64,000 nt of DNA from an uncultured Gammaproteobacteria bacterium (GCA_964639595.1 CAZXEC010000001.1:88111-152110), one strand, 5' to 3'. Shown: positions 43,177 to 54,175, counted from the first letter of the stretch. Numbers and translations are program-made. The notes: generated by a model not told the origin, from the sequence alone.

Positions 43177-43731
43177 ATGTCAAGAGTAGGACAAAAACCA
43201 ATATCACTGACAAAAGATACCCAGATTAAGCTGGAGGGTTCAACCATTACTGTGGTTGGCCCTAAGGGCCAGTTGTCTTACACGTTCAGGCCAGAAGTGA
43301 CAGTTACACAGCAGGATGATGCCGTAAAAGTAGATGTTCGCGACAACTCAAAGTTTACTAACTCTCTACACGGTTTGACTAGAACTTTGATTGCCAATAT
43401 GGTTCATGGTGTCAGTGAGGGTTGGCAAAAAACTTTGGAATTGGTGGGAGTTGGCTATAGAGCACAAAAGCAAGGTGATAACCTGCTGCTATCAGTAGGT
43501 TATTCACATCCGGTCGTAATTGAGCCGCCTGCCGGTATTCAGTTTGCGATAGTTGAGGGCAAAATCGTAGTTTCAGGGATTGATAAATCACAAGTTGGTC
43601 AAGTGGCAGCTACGATCAGACAAGTCAGGGAGCCGGAACCCTATAAAGGTAAAGGTATCCGCTATGCTGGAGAAATAGTCAAAATTAAGCCAGGTAAGGC
43701 CGCCAAAGCTGGCTTGGCTCAAGGTAAATAA
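43177..43731 (+). CDS. rplF: 50S ribosomal protein L6
   Basis: GVGYRA, PEPYKGKGIRY. Confidence 0.99.
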   Translation: MSRVGQKPISLTKDTQIKLEGSTITVVGPKGQLSYTFRPEVTVTQQDDAVKVDVRDNSKFTNSLHGLTRTLIANMVHGVSEGWQKTLELVGVGYRAQKQGDNLLLSVGYSHPVVIEPPAGIQFAIVEGKIVVSGIDKSQVGQVAATIRQVREPEPYKGKGIRYAGEIVKIKPGKAAKAGLAQGK

Positions 43732-43733
43732 AA

Positions 43734-44078
43734 ATGAAAAAAGCAACACCTAAAAAAATCAGGCATCTAGCACAAAGAAAAAAAATCAAAGGGACAAATG
43801 CCAGACCAAGGTTGGCAGTGTTTAGGTCTAATAAGCACATCAGCGCCCAGATTATTGATGATGTTGCGGGACGCACTTTAGTATTTGTGTCAGACAGGGA
43901 AATTAAGTCAGATGGAAAAGCTAAAATAGATTTGGCATATCAGGCAGGTAAGTTAATTGCCCAAAAAGCAAAAGCCGTAGGATTGTCGCGAGTAGTTTTA
44001 GATAGAGCTGGTAATAAATACCATGGTCGTATCAGGGCTTTTGCCCAAGCTGCTCGAGAGGAAGGTTTAATTTTTTAA
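43734..44078 (+). CDS. rplR: 50S ribosomal protein L18
   Basis: [18 protein letters not shown]. Confidence 0.98.
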   Translation: MKKATPKKIRHLAQRKKIKGTNARPRLAVFRSNKHISAQIIDDVAGRTLVFVSDREIKSDGKAKIDLAYQAGKLIAQKAKAVGLSRVVLDRAGNKYHGRIRAFAQAAREEGLIF

Positions 44079-44079
44079 T

Positions 44080-44559
44080 ATGGCAGAAGCTAATTTTATC
44101 ACATCTGAAATAAAAGAATTTCAAGAGAAGGTAGTTCAAGTCAACCGAGTGTCTAAAAAGACTAAGGGGGGTAATAGGTTTAGTTTTTCAGTAGTGGTGG
44201 TAGTAGGAGATAGAAAAGGTAGGGTTGGTGTTGGTTTAGGTAAGGCCCCGGATGTAGCTTCAGGTGTGAGGAAAGGCGCCAGTTACGCCAAAAAACATCT
44301 CATTACAGTGCCCATGAAAGGAACGACTATTACCCACGATATCAGGCATAAACGAGGAGCGGCTGTGGTGCTTTTGAAGCCAGCTCCCCCAGGCACTGGG
44401 GTTATTGCCGGAGGTCCGGTTAGAGCAGTACTGGAAGCAGCCGGCGTCAGAGATGTGGTGGCCAAAATTTTAGGGACTAACAATCAGGCATCTAATGTTT
44501 ACGCTACGTTGGAAGCTTTATCGCTGCTCAAACAAGCCAAAGCAGCACGAAAGATTTAG
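44080..44559 (+). CDS. rpsE: 30S ribosomal protein S5
   Basis: [21 protein letters not shown]. Confidence 0.99.
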   Translation: MAEANFITSEIKEFQEKVVQVNRVSKKTKGGNRFSFSVVVVVGDRKGRVGVGLGKAPDVASGVRKGASYAKKHLITVPMKGTTITHDIRHKRGAAVVLLKPAPPGTGVIAGGPVRAVLEAAGVRDVVAKILGTNNQASNVYATLEALSLLKQAKAARKI

Positions 44560-44565
44560 TAAATT

Positions 44566-45060
44566 ATGCAACTATCACGCCTACCCCAAATAGGACCAAA
44601 GAAAAAATCAAAAAGCAGGCTTGGCCAAGGCCTGTCTACTGGCCATGGCAAGACAGCAGGCAGAGGCACCAAAGGGCAAAAGGCCCATTCGTCAGTCCCG
44701 TTTGGTTTTGAAACCGGATCAAGAACCGGCAGGCTCCTCAAAAGGCTGCCATTCAAAAAGGGTATTGGTAATGATGTGCTGGGTAAAAAGTTCCTAGCTA
44801 TTAACCTGGGGCAATTATCAAAACTTAACAAGAATGATACGGTTGATGCGCTCTTGTTGATCGAAAAAGGTTTAGTCAAAGCGGGCGCCATCAGAAGGAG
44901 AGGTGTTAAAATTTTATCAGGCGGAGACTTTAACATTCCGCTGACTTTCAAATTACCGGTATCGCAAAAAGCCCGGCAAAAGATCGAGCAGGCAGGCGGT
45001 CAGGTGATTTGGCCAAACAAAACCAACAAGACAGAAAACACGACAGAAGATTCAGACTAA
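44566..45060 (+). CDS. rplO: 50S ribosomal protein L15
   Basis: [22 protein letters not shown]; directly follows rpsE (no rpmD). Confidence 0.97.
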   Translation: MQLSRLPQIGPKKKSKSRLGQGLSTGHGKTAGRGTKGQKAHSSVPFGFETGSRTGRLLKRLPFKKGIGNDVLGKKFLAINLGQLSKLNKNDTVDALLLIEKGLVKAGAIRRRGVKILSGGDFNIPLTFKLPVSQKARQKIEQAGGQVIWPNKTNKTENTTEDSD

Positions 45061-45071
45061 TAAAAAATTTT

Positions 45072-46349
45072 ATGATTATCAATCAACTTAAATTAATTTT
45101 TCAGATTCCTGAATTAAAAAGAAAAATTCTATTTACCCTATTTATTTTAACGATTTTCAGGATTGCGGCTCATATTCCCATCTCTGGAGTTGACTTGTTG
45201 GCATTAAAAAATCTTTTTGCCCAAAACCAATTATTATCATTGTTAAATTTATTCTCCGGCGGGACATTGGCCAACTTTTCCATTATTGCCCTGGGCTTAA
45301 ACCCCTATATCAATGCTTCAATTATTATGCAGCTTTTAACTATGGTGTTTCCCCAACTGGAGGCTCTGTCCAAAGAAGGAGAATTCGGCAGACAAAAAAT
45401 TAACCAATATACCCGTCTGTTGACTATTCCCCTATCCCTGGTTCAGGCTGTGGGCATGTACAGTCTGTTACAAGGCCAGCAGGTTTTGAAACAGCAAGAT
45501 ACTTTAACAATAGCCTCGGTTATCATCACGATGACTGCCGGCACAGTTTTTTTAATGTGGCTGGGAGAGTTATTAACAGAATATGGAGTTGGCAACGGTA
45601 TTTCACTGATTATTTTTGCCGGAATTGTGGCCCAACTGCCCATTTCTTTAGGACAGACTTTTTCAGTATTTGATGAGTCCCAACTGTTTAACCTATCAGT
45701 CTTTTTTGTCATGTCAGCCCTGCTTATTGCCGCCATTGTCGTGATTAATGAAGGGAAAAGACAGATTTTAGTACAGTACGCCAAGCGTATCAAAGGTGAT
45801 AATCTGCAAGGTAGCCAGTCTACTTATCTACCCTTGAGAGTTAACCAAGCAGGGGTTATCCCCATTATCTTTGCCGTATCACTGGTTTTGATCCCATCAC
45901 TGATTGGCGGGTATTTGCAAAATATTCCCAATCCCGCCATTGCCAGTATGGCGGCCAGGGTAGTGTCCTGGTTTGCCCCCACGAGTATTACTTATAATGT
46001 AGTTTACTTTTTGTTGGTGATCGGTTTTACTTATTTTTATACGGCTGTTACCTTTAACCCCAAAAAAATTGCCGACGAAATCAGGAAATTTGGCGGTTTT
46101 ATCCCTGGTATTAGACCAGGTGCGACTACTGCCGGCTATCTTAATTATATTTTAACCAGGATTACCTTGGCAGGTGCGGTATTTTTAGGGCTGGTGGCCA
46201 TCTTACCGTCAATTGCTCAACAGTTGACCGGCGTGACAACTTTTGCCTTAGGCGGGACAGGAATTTTAATTATAGTTTCGGTAGTTTTGGAAACAACCAA
46301 GCAATTAGAATCAATGCTAGTCATGCATAATTACGAGAAGTTTTTATAA
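45072..46349 (+). CDS. secY: Preprotein translocase SecY
   Basis: [31 protein letters not shown]. Confidence 0.99.
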   Translation: MIINQLKLIFQIPELKRKILFTLFILTIFRIAAHIPISGVDLLALKNLFAQNQLLSLLNLFSGGTLANFSIIALGLNPYINASIIMQLLTMVFPQLEALSKEGEFGRQKINQYTRLLTIPLSLVQAVGMYSLLQGQQVLKQQDTLTIASVIITMTAGTVFLMWLGELLTEYGVGNGISLIIFAGIVAQLPISLGQTFSVFDESQLFNLSVFFVMSALLIAAIVVINEGKRQILVQYAKRIKGDNLQGSQSTYLPLRVNQAGVIPIIFAVSLVLIPSLIGGYLQNIPNPAIASMAARVVSWFAPTSITYNVVYFLLVIGFTYFYTAVTFNPKKIADEIRKFGGFIPGIRPGATTAGYLNYILTRITLAGAVFLGLVAILPSIAQQLTGVTTFALGGTGILIIVSVVLETTKQLESMLVMHNYEKFL

Positions 46350-46374
46350 TTTATACATTGACAAGAAGAGTCCT

Positions 46375-47130
46375 TTGCAAACTAAAACTAAACAGCAACT
46401 AAAATCTATGGCAGCAGGCGGCAGGGTCGCTTGTCAAATATTAGCCGAGGTAATAAAAGCCGCCCGGCCCGGCATAACCACTCTGGAGCTTGATCAGATG
46501 GCCGACCAGATGATGGTAGAAGCGGGAGTCGAGGCAGGGTTTAAAAAAGTTGCAGGATACAGTCATGCTACCTGCATCAATATTGGCGCAGATATAGTCC
46601 ATGGTATTCCTGACAGTTACGAGATCAAATCTGGTGACCTAGTCAGTATTGATCTGGGAGTTTATCATCAAGGTTTGCATACTGATTGCGCTTGGACTAT
46701 CCAAGTTGCTAGCCAGAGCCAAGCTCAATTTTTAGCAGCCGGCAAGCAGGCATTACTGTCAGGCATTGCCCAGGCTGTCAGCGCTAACAAAGTAGGAGAT
46801 ATATCACAAGCCATTCAGAACATAATCGAAGAACAGGCTGGATACCATGTGGTCAGAGAGTTAGTCGGACATGGTGTAGGAAGCCAGCTACATGAAGACC
46901 CGCAGGTTCCCGGCTATGGCAGGGCGGGCCGCGGAGAGCAATTGGCAAATGGGGCAACTTTGGCAATTGAGGTGATTTATAGCCAAGGTAAAACGCCAGC
47001 AATCTTTAAAAATAAAGACGGCTGGACAATAACTACTGCCGACGCTAGCCTATCTGGTTTATTTGAGGAGACTATTGTGGTTTGGGAAGGTCAGCCCAAG
47101 ATTTTAACGCCGACCCATCAGTACTTGTAA
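46375..47130 (+). CDS. map: Methionine aminopeptidase type I
   Basis: VHGIP, DLG...TD, GHGVG..LHEDP; start uncertain. Confidence 0.93.
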   Translation: MQTKTKQQLKSMAAGGRVACQILAEVIKAARPGITTLELDQMADQMMVEAGVEAGFKKVAGYSHATCINIGADIVHGIPDSYEIKSGDLVSIDLGVYHQGLHTDCAWTIQVASQSQAQFLAAGKQALLSGIAQAVSANKVGDISQAIQNIIEEQAGYHVVRELVGHGVGSQLHEDPQVPGYGRAGRGEQLANGATLAIEVIYSQGKTPAIFKNKDGWTITTADASLSGLFEETIVVWEGQPKILTPTHQYL

Positions 47131-47170
47131 TCTGACTATGGGTTTGGTATACTAGAAAGGATTTTTTATC

Positions 47171-47410
47171 GTGGCCAAACAAGGCTATTTCGAAATAGAA
47201 GGTGAAGTTCAAGAAGCTTTGCCAAACACTCTTTTTAGGGTGCTTGTCAAACAGGCCCCAGAACAAGGGTTGGTAGGCAAAGTTATTTTGTGCCATATTT
47301 CCGGCAAAATGCGGATGCGTTACGTGCGGATTTTACCGGGCGATATGGTCAGAGCGGAGATGACTCCTTATGATTTAGATAAGGGGCGGATTACTGCTCG
47401 GGCCAGATGA
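47171..47410 (+). CDS. infA: Translation initiation factor IF-1
   Basis: [25 protein letters not shown]. Confidence 0.98.
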   Translation: MAKQGYFEIEGEVQEALPNTLFRVLVKQAPEQGLVGKVILCHISGKMRMRYVRILPGDMVRAEMTPYDLDKGRITARAR

Positions 47411-47420
47411 AGGCTAATTT

Positions 47421-47537
47421 ATGAAAGTTCAAGCATCAGTCAAAAAGCGTTGTCAGGATTGTCAGTTTATCAAAAGACATGGAGTTTTATACGTAGTTTG
47501 CCGGCGCAATCCCAGGCACAAACAAAGACAATGGTAA
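47421..47537 (+). CDS. rpmJ: 50S ribosomal protein L36 (absent from the ORF track)
   Basis: Translated by hand: [38 protein letters not shown]. Confidence 0.96.
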   Translation: MKVQASVKKRCQDCQFIKRHGVLYVVCRRNPRHKQRQW

Positions 47538-47540
47538 AAT

Positions 47541-47954
47541 ATGCGTATTTCAGGAATAGATAGAAAAGATCAAAAAAGAATTGAAGCAGCTCTGCCTTAT
47601 ATTTATGGTGTGGGCAGATCTAATGTCAAAACCATCTTACAACAAGCTGGCATCAGTCCCAATAAGAGAACTAAGGATTTGACCGAAGGTGAAGTTGGCA
47701 AGATTCAGAAGATACTGGAGACTATCCGTACAGAGGGAGAATTACGCCGAGAGGTACAACAGAATATATCCAGACTGAAAGAAATTGGCGCCTATCGGGG
47801 AGCCAGGCATACCAGAAACCTGCCAGCCAGAGGCCAAAGAACCAAGACTAATGCCAGGACCAAAAGAGGTAAAAGAGTCACCATTGGCACGGTTCGTAAG
47901 GATGTTGTTACCAAGATGGGGACTGCCAAAACTCAACCTGGACAAAAAGCCTAA
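47541..47954 (+). CDS. rpsM: 30S ribosomal protein S13
   Basis: YIYGVG, RGQRTKTNARTKRG. Confidence 0.99.
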   Translation: MRISGIDRKDQKRIEAALPYIYGVGRSNVKTILQQAGISPNKRTKDLTEGEVGKIQKILETIRTEGELRREVQQNISRLKEIGAYRGARHTRNLPARGQRTKTNARTKRGKRVTIGTVRKDVVTKMGTAKTQPGQKA

Positions 47955-47962
47955 AATAGACA

Positions 47963-48349
47963 ATGGCCAATACTAAAAAAAGCAAAAAAAAGCAGACGAG
48001 GCAAGTTGTTGCCGGACGAGTTTATGTAACTGCCACTTTTAACAATACAGTGGTAACCATCACTGATACGGAAGGCAACACTTTGTGTTGGGGTTCATCG
48101 GGCGCATCTGGTTTTAAGGGCGCTAGAAAATCCACCCCATTTGCCGCCACTACCAGTGTGGAACAGGTGGCGCGCAAGGCTCAAGGCATGGGAATAAAAG
48201 AAGTTGAGGTTTATATAAAAGGCCCTGGACCTGGCCGGGATAGCGCTATCAGGGCGTTAAGGTCGCAAGGTCTGAATATTACCTTAATTGCTGATGTAAC
48301 TCCCATGGCACATAACGGACCTAGACCAAAAAAGCGCCGGAGAGTGTAA
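47963..48349 (+). CDS. rpsK: 30S ribosomal protein S11
   Basis: TFNNTVV, RKSTPFAA, DVTPMAHNG. Confidence 0.99.
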   Translation: MANTKKSKKKQTRQVVAGRVYVTATFNNTVVTITDTEGNTLCWGSSGASGFKGARKSTPFAATTSVEQVARKAQGMGIKEVEVYIKGPGPGRDSAIRALRSQGLNITLIADVTPMAHNGPRPKKRRRV

Positions 48350-48354
48350 TTTCT

Positions 48355-48963
48355 ATGGCAAGATATACAGGACCAAAAAGAAGATTGTCAAAGCGTGAAG
48401 GTATGGCTCTGTTTGCCAAAGACGAGAAAGCAATGGAGAGGAAAGGGGGAGTGGCGCCAGGACAGCACGGTCATAGGGGTGGCAGAAAGTTATCAGAATA
48501 TGGCGTGCAACTTAGGGAAAAACAAAAAGTTAAAAGAATTTATGGACTGATGGAAAGGCAATTTGCCAACCTGGTTGAGAAAGCTGCTCGTAAAAAAGGC
48601 GATACAGGAGAAAATATGTTGGCACTTTTAGAAACCAGACTGGACAACGTGGTCTATAGATTAGGTTTTGTCCCATCAAGAATGATGGCCAGACAATTGG
48701 TTGGTCATGGACATATTTTGGTCAATGGCAAGAAATTGACTATCCCTTCCTACCAAGTCAGGCCCGGACAGACGATTTCTTTATCAGGTAAAGCTCTGAA
48801 TATGCCGGTTGTTGTAAGTCAGTTGAAAAAGACTAAAGAAGAAAAATTAGCCAGTTACTTGAAGAAGAAAGCTGCGGCCGGACAATTGGATCATCTGCCC
48901 AAGAGAGATGAAATAGAATTGCCGGCAGCCGAATCGTTAATTGTTGAGTTTTATTCAAGGTAA
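48355..48963 (+). CDS. rpsD: 30S ribosomal protein S4
   Basis: MARYTGP, LETRLDNVVYRLG, IVEFYSR. Confidence 0.99.
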   Translation: MARYTGPKRRLSKREGMALFAKDEKAMERKGGVAPGQHGHRGGRKLSEYGVQLREKQKVKRIYGLMERQFANLVEKAARKKGDTGENMLALLETRLDNVVYRLGFVPSRMMARQLVGHGHILVNGKKLTIPSYQVRPGQTISLSGKALNMPVVVSQLKKTKEEKLASYLKKKAAAGQLDHLPKRDEIELPAAESLIVEFYSR

Positions 48964-49000
48964 AGGTTATTTATTAATAAAAGAAAGGAGATTTTTTAAA

Positions 49001-49921
49001 ATGGTTGACTTAGTCAAAATAACTGTTCAGGAGGAAAACGACACTTTTGGTCGTTTTGTAGTAGAACCCCTAGTTCAAGGATATGGCCAAACTATTGGCA
49101 ATAGCTTGCGCCGGGTACTGTTATCAAGTTTAGGAGGTGCGGCCATCACCGCTGTTAAAATCAGTGGAGTTAGCCATCAATTCTCTGCCATTTCGGGAGT
49201 TAAGGAGGATGTGGCGGAATTGTTGCTGAACCTGAAACAGGTCAGGCTGTCCATGAGTGGCAAAGATAGCGCTAAAATCACTTTGTCACAAAAAGGCGAA
49301 GGTGATATTAATGCCAGCCAAATAAAAACCGTGGCAGGAGTTGAAGTAGTCAACCCAGATTTATATATTGCTCACCTATCTGGTGCCAAAAGCAAACTGG
49401 ATATTGAAATGACGGTGGAAAAAGGCTATGGCTATGCGCTGTCTGATGAAAGGCCTCAAACAGAAGTTGGGGTGATTGCCCTGGATGCCCTATTTTCTCC
49501 GGTGGTGCGAGTCAATTATAAAGTTGAGGCTACCCGTGTTGGTAGAAGGACTGACTTTGACAAATTGACCATGGAGATTTTCACCGATGGGACAATTGGG
49601 CCATCAGAGGCGTTGAAAGAGGCTGCCAAAACACTGGTATCTTACTTTACTATTTTTTACCAGCCTCAAAGTCGACCGGTAGTAGTTTCCGATGAAGGTC
49701 AGATAGTGTCGTCTAAAAATGATGAAACTGCTAGCCTGACTATCGAAGAACTGGATGTGCCGGCTCGCATAGTCAATGCGCTACGGGCTGCCAAAATTGA
49801 GACAGTGGGAGATCTGACATCTTACCAGAGAAAGGATCTGTTAAAGATTAAAAATCTGGGAGCCAAGTCACTGTCAGAGGTGGAGAAAAAACTTAAAGAA
49901 AGGGAAGTGCAACTACCCTAA
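49001..49921 (+). CDS. rpoA: RNA polymerase alpha subunit
   Basis: GYGQTIGNSLRRVLLSS, alpha-CTD KNLGAKSL; SD GAAAGGAG. Confidence 0.99.
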   Translation: MVDLVKITVQEENDTFGRFVVEPLVQGYGQTIGNSLRRVLLSSLGGAAITAVKISGVSHQFSAISGVKEDVAELLLNLKQVRLSMSGKDSAKITLSQKGEGDINASQIKTVAGVEVVNPDLYIAHLSGAKSKLDIEMTVEKGYGYALSDERPQTEVGVIALDALFSPVVRVNYKVEATRVGRRTDFDKLTMEIFTDGTIGPSEALKEAAKTLVSYFTIFYQPQSRPVVVSDEGQIVSSKNDETASLTIEELDVPARIVNALRAAKIETVGDLTSYQRKDLLKIKNLGAKSLSEVEKKLKEREVQLP

Positions 49922-49931
49922 AAGGGAATTT

Positions 49932-50393
49932 ATGCGTCATCAAGTTTTTGGCAGGAAACTGGGACGTAACAGCGGCGAGAGGCAAGCCCTCTTCCGTGGT
50001 TTGGCTCAAGCGCTGGTGTTGCGAGGCGCTATCATCACAACTGAAGCCAAAGCTAAGGCCATCAAGGGCTTGGTGGAAAAATTAGTCACCAAAGCCAAAA
50101 AAGACAAAAAACAAATGTTGTTTGATTTTTTCCAAAATAGCGAGACTGTTGATTTTTTGGTTAAAAATATTGCTCCCCGGATGATGAGCAGAGTCGGCGG
50201 ATATACCAGAATCGTATCATTGGGCCAGAGGAAAGGTGATGGTGCTGAAATGGTCAAGATGGACTGGATGGAAGCAAAATTAGCCAAAGAGCCGCCGGCA
50301 GCGGATGCCAAAAAAACATTAACTCTAACAAAAACCAGAAAGCCGGTTGCCAAAACTGCCAAAACCAAAACAACTTCCAAAAAAACTAAATAA
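49932..50393 (+). CDS. rplQ: 50S ribosomal protein L17
   Basis: MRH..GRKLGR, TTEAKAK, GGYTRI. Confidence 0.98.
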   Translation: MRHQVFGRKLGRNSGERQALFRGLAQALVLRGAIITTEAKAKAIKGLVEKLVTKAKKDKKQMLFDFFQNSETVDFLVKNIAPRMMSRVGGYTRIVSLGQRKGDGAEMVKMDWMEAKLAKEPPAADAKKTLTLTKTRKPVAKTAKTKTTSKKTK

Positions 50394-50396
50394 TTT

Positions 50397-50816
50397 ATGC
50401 AATCAACAGCCAGCGTTAAAGCCAAAGATATTAAAAGACAGTGGCAACTAATTGATGCCAGAGACCAAATTTTGGGCAGGATGGCTACCAGGATTGCCAC
50501 GCTTTTGCTGGGTAAGGGCAAGCCGTATTTTGTTCCCCATATGGATTGTGGTGATTATGTAGTAGTGGTCAATGCCGGCAAGGTTAAAACCACTGGTCGT
50601 AAACAAGAGCAAAAACAGTACAGTCGGTATTCAGGTTATCCGGGCGGACTCAAAAAAACATCCCTGGCTATCTTGAGAGAGAAAAAACCAACAGAGGTAA
50701 TCAAACATGCAGTGCGGGGAATGATGCCGCACAATAAATTAGGCCGGCAAAGTATTAAAAAATTATTTGTTTTTGAGGGGGGAAATCATCCCTATCAAGG
50801 TCAGGTGAAAAGCTAA
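50397..50816 (+). CDS. rplM: 50S ribosomal protein L13
   Basis: LGRMATRIA, PHMDCGDYVVVVNA, SGYPGG. Confidence 0.99.
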   Translation: MQSTASVKAKDIKRQWQLIDARDQILGRMATRIATLLLGKGKPYFVPHMDCGDYVVVVNAGKVKTTGRKQEQKQYSRYSGYPGGLKKTSLAILREKKPTEVIKHAVRGMMPHNKLGRQSIKKLFVFEGGNHPYQGQVKS

Positions 50817-51268
50817 TGCCCAGAAAGAAAAAAGCAGCGCCGGTTATCAAGGAAGTAGTAAGTGAGAAACCTAAAGAGCAGGTAGTCTATCAAGCGGTGG
50901 GCCGCCGCAAATCGGCAGTGGCTCAAGCCAAACTTTTTGCCGGCGCCGGTAACTTAACGATTAACAGTCACCCCATATTGCAATATTTTTCCGGCCAGGT
51001 ATCAAAGCTGGCTTGGCAAAAACCTTTTCAAACAGTGGGAGCATTAGGTAAATTTGACGGTACGATTAAAGTTTACGGCTCCGGCAAAAGCGGCCAACTG
51101 GTGGCAGTTACTCATGCCATCTCCCGCGCCCTGCTGCAAGTCAATCCGGATTGGAGAAAGCCTCTCAAAAAACAAGGACTTTTGACCCGTGACCCCAGAG
51201 TTAGGGAAAGACGCAAATACGGCAACGCCCAAAAAGCGAGAGCGAAAAAGCAGTCACCCAAACGATAA
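50816..51268 (+). CDS. rpsI: 30S ribosomal protein S9
   Basis: GRRKSAVA, LLTRDPRVRERRKYG, QSPKR. Confidence 0.99.
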   Translation: MPRKKKAAPVIKEVVSEKPKEQVVYQAVGRRKSAVAQAKLFAGAGNLTINSHPILQYFSGQVSKLAWQKPFQTVGALGKFDGTIKVYGSGKSGQLVAVTHAISRALLQVNPDWRKPLKKQGLLTRDPRVRERRKYGNAQKARAKKQSPKR

Positions 51269-51422
51269 ATATTTTCGCCCGAAGTCCTGCTAAATCACTG
51301 CACATAACAAATTTTAAACGGGGAATTATACCTAAAGGCGAGCGAGGGCAACGGAAGCCGCTTCCTCGCCGATTCAAGGAGTGAGATATTCGTATTAAAT
51401 AAACACATCCTAATATTAGCTA

Positions 51423-51451
51423 TTGACAAGCTTGGCAGTTTATGCTATACT
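51423..51451 (+). promoter_or_regulatory. Near-consensus sigma70 promoter of the GHKL operon
   Basis: TTGACA-N17-TATACT with extended -10 TG. Confidence 0.8.
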
Positions 51452-51480
51452 AGTCTCTGTTTTTAGATAAAATCAAAAAA

Positions 51481-51696
51481 ATGTCAGAGACACGTAAAGA
51501 AAAATTTGTAAGGTTAGCAACTTATCGGACTAATGTTGTGTTAGAGAAGCTCCGCATCCTCGGCAACCTTTCCAACAAAGCTAACTATGAATACTCCGAA
51601 GAGGAAATAAATAAAATCTTCTATGCTATTGATTCACAACTCCGGATCATAAAAGCTCGTTTTAGTGGTAAAAGGAAAAGAGAGTTTAAATTATGA
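51481..51696 (+). CDS. Small helical hypothetical protein
   Basis: 71 aa, KFVRLA..RTN...LGNLSNKANYEYSEEE..KIF; first gene after the promoter; ATGA overlap with next gene. Confidence 0.8.
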   Translation: MSETRKEKFVRLATYRTNVVLEKLRILGNLSNKANYEYSEEEINKIFYAIDSQLRIIKARFSGKRKREFKL

Positions 51697-52262
51697 AAAG
51701 AACCAGAAATACATTAGATGATTTACTCTTGCTTTGCATTAGTGATATTTTGGGGAAAAAACAAAAGTGTTCCTACGGAAATCTTGTTAAAAAGGCCTCT
51801 ACGAAATATCCCGAAGTTTTTAGTTTGTCAGATTATCCCAAATGGCCAGATTCTCTTAAGTTGGATCGGCCACTAAGGCAATTAAGAAGTGAAAGATTGA
51901 TAACAGGTAGCCCGACAACGTTTTATTCGTTGACTTCTCTGGGTAAAGAAAAAGTCAGATTTTTAAACAACAAACGGTTTCCGGTAAAAGACAACACTAG
52001 TAGGCCAACAAGAAGCCCCTCTTTGACATTTCTAAAAGAACTAGAAAATAGTGATGACTTTAAAGATTTTGCTTCAAACAAAGAAGACTTCAAGCCAAAT
52101 AATATGAAAATAAGAGCTCTGACAAGATTTACTCTAGAGACGCCTAAGAAAGTTATTTTAGACCACTTGCTCTTTTTAAAAAAAACTGCTCATCGAGAAA
52201 AAAAGGGAACTTTGGAAGATTTTTTAATCACTTACATAAATTACATCGAAAGAATTAAGTAA
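51693..52262 (+). CDS. Winged-helix-like hypothetical protein
   Basis: FSLSDYPKWPDS then LRQLRSERLITGS...YSLTSLG wing motif. Confidence 0.7.
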   Translation: MKRTRNTLDDLLLLCISDILGKKQKCSYGNLVKKASTKYPEVFSLSDYPKWPDSLKLDRPLRQLRSERLITGSPTTFYSLTSLGKEKVRFLNNKRFPVKDNTSRPTRSPSLTFLKELENSDDFKDFASNKEDFKPNNMKIRALTRFTLETPKKVILDHLLFLKKTAHREKKGTLEDFLITYINYIERIK

Positions 52263-52264
52263 AT

Positions 52265-54163
52265 ATGGATTTTCAAAGCGCAGAGTCGGGGCAACTGTCA
52301 GTTAACGAAGGAAGGTTAGTTAAGTCTCTTGCAGATAGTACAGTTAGAGGCATAATGGACGCAGTTGTAGAACTAGTAACGAATTGCGACGATAGCTATG
52401 TACGTCAAGAGCAAGAAGGTAGTAATTCTTCTGGTAGGATAGACCTCTATATTGATCGAGGTGCTGGTGGACATTGTAAAGAATTGAGGGTAATCGATGA
52501 GGCGGCCGGCATGGATTACCAAGCATTACGAAGAGCAATAGAATTTAGCGGGGAAACCAGCGGTTTTAAAGAAGGAAGAAGTGTCAGGGGTTTTTTTGGA
52601 CGCGGCCTAAAAGAATCCATACTCGCTTTGGGGATAGGGACGATATTTACCTTAAAAAAAGGTGTTCTTAGCAGAGCAATTATTTCTTATGACGAAAAGG
52701 AAAGGCAATCAAAATACGACCTATCAGTTCCTGTACAGAACCTTTCACAGGAAGAATTAATTAATTATGGTTTTTCGGGCAATTCAGGGACTTTAGTAAC
52801 AATTAAGATAACAAACACAAAGAAAGATTACATCCCAGGAAGAAATCATATAAAAGAACAGTTCCTAAAACACTATGCTTTCAGAGATATTAATTCTTCC
52901 ACAAAAAGAGCAGTGTATTTACACTTCTCGGATGTAGAAAGTAAAGATAAATATAGCTCAAATATCCCATTGGTTTATAAATGGCCGGAAGGGAAATTAG
53001 TTTTCGATAAGGATATGAAAATACTTAATTCAGTAGCTCATTTTAAAATTTACGAGAGCTTAGAACAGTTGCAAACTCCTAAAAATCCTACTGGTGAAGC
53101 AGGTCTATTGATAAAGACCGAAGGGGCGATTCTGGACAACCAATTATTTGGCTTCGAGACTGATCCAAACGGTCTATTTTTCTTCGGAGAAATAACTGCT
53201 CCGGGGATAGCCCAAGCAATTAGAAGCGGTGATGAATCTATCGTGGATACCAACAGAACAGGTTTAGCTCGGAACCACCCGTATAATAAAGAGCTTGAAA
53301 ATATAAGTAAGGAAATTCTAGGAAAACTTATTCAGGAAAGAAAAGAAAGACTAAAATCAGAGAAAAAAGCTGAGTTGGCAGAACCTATAAATAACCTTTT
53401 TAATAAATTATGCAAAGAATTATCAGATCTAGCAAAAGATGAACTCGAGGATAAGGAACCTGGTCCAGGAGAAGTCAAAGCATTTATGATCAAGCCTCTT
53501 TTTGCAAACATAGACCCTGAATCACCTAGGACACTTTCCGTATATTGTCCAAAGTATTTATCAGAAGATGAAGGAACAAAGGTTGTAAATCTTTTGAGTT
53601 CTAACGGGAATATAAAATTATCTAATGAATCCATAATTCTTGAACAATACAAAAGAGACCCAGATGTACTAAAGTCAACTTTTAAATTAAATGGAGAAAA
53701 CGAAGGCGAAGTGGCTCTAATAACGGCCACATTGGGACGAGTTACCGCCAATAGTGAAGTAAGGGTGCATAAATTAGGACACATAGGTCCAGGCTCAGAA
53801 AAACCTCCGACTGGTTCAGGAGGAGGAGTTTTTAGAAAGATAGAGCCTGCTTATGATGAAAGCCCAATACAAAGATTTGAATATGTTTCTGGAGGAATAA
53901 TAAAAGTATATATAAAGTTTCCTGGAGTTGGAGACATTTTAGGAGAAAATTTTGAGACTATAGAAACTCAGGGTGCAAGAGTCGCATTATCAGAGATTGT
54001 TATAGAAGCGTTTTCAAGACATATTTCCAGACAACGAGTTGGAAAATATGTAGAGGAGCAGATAGACCCTTTTACATCAGAGATGGATAGATTAAGAAAG
54101 AAAGCCACAAAGACTGTTTATAATATCCTTCTCCGAGCAGATTTGAGAGAATTATTAAATTAG
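52265..54163 (+). CDS. GHKL (MORC/Hsp90-like) ATPase with probable Ig-like C-terminal region
   Basis: Bergerat motifs ELVTNCDD, DEAAGM, RGFFGRGLK, SGTLVTI; transducer-like GEITAPG; beta-rich segment ~aa 405-500. Confidence 0.85.
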   Translation: MDFQSAESGQLSVNEGRLVKSLADSTVRGIMDAVVELVTNCDDSYVRQEQEGSNSSGRIDLYIDRGAGGHCKELRVIDEAAGMDYQALRRAIEFSGETSGFKEGRSVRGFFGRGLKESILALGIGTIFTLKKGVLSRAIISYDEKERQSKYDLSVPVQNLSQEELINYGFSGNSGTLVTIKITNTKKDYIPGRNHIKEQFLKHYAFRDINSSTKRAVYLHFSDVESKDKYSSNIPLVYKWPEGKLVFDKDMKILNSVAHFKIYESLEQLQTPKNPTGEAGLLIKTEGAILDNQLFGFETDPNGLFFFGEITAPGIAQAIRSGDESIVDTNRTGLARNHPYNKELENISKEILGKLIQERKERLKSEKKAELAEPINNLFNKLCKELSDLAKDELEDKEPGPGEVKAFMIKPLFANIDPESPRTLSVYCPKYLSEDEGTKVVNLLSSNGNIKLSNESIILEQYKRDPDVLKSTFKLNGENEGEVALITATLGRVTANSEVRVHKLGHIGPGSEKPPTGSGGGVFRKIEPAYDESPIQRFEYVSGGIIKVYIKFPGVGDILGENFETIETQGARVALSEIVIEAFSRHISRQRVGKYVEEQIDPFTSEMDRLRKKATKTVYNILLRADLRELLN

Positions 54164-54175
54164 CGTCAACAACGA

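Noticed and set aside
135-51232. Many antisense and alternate-frame ORFs in the track overlapping core genes
   Set aside because: Shadows of well-conserved genes, with no motifs or independent expression signals.
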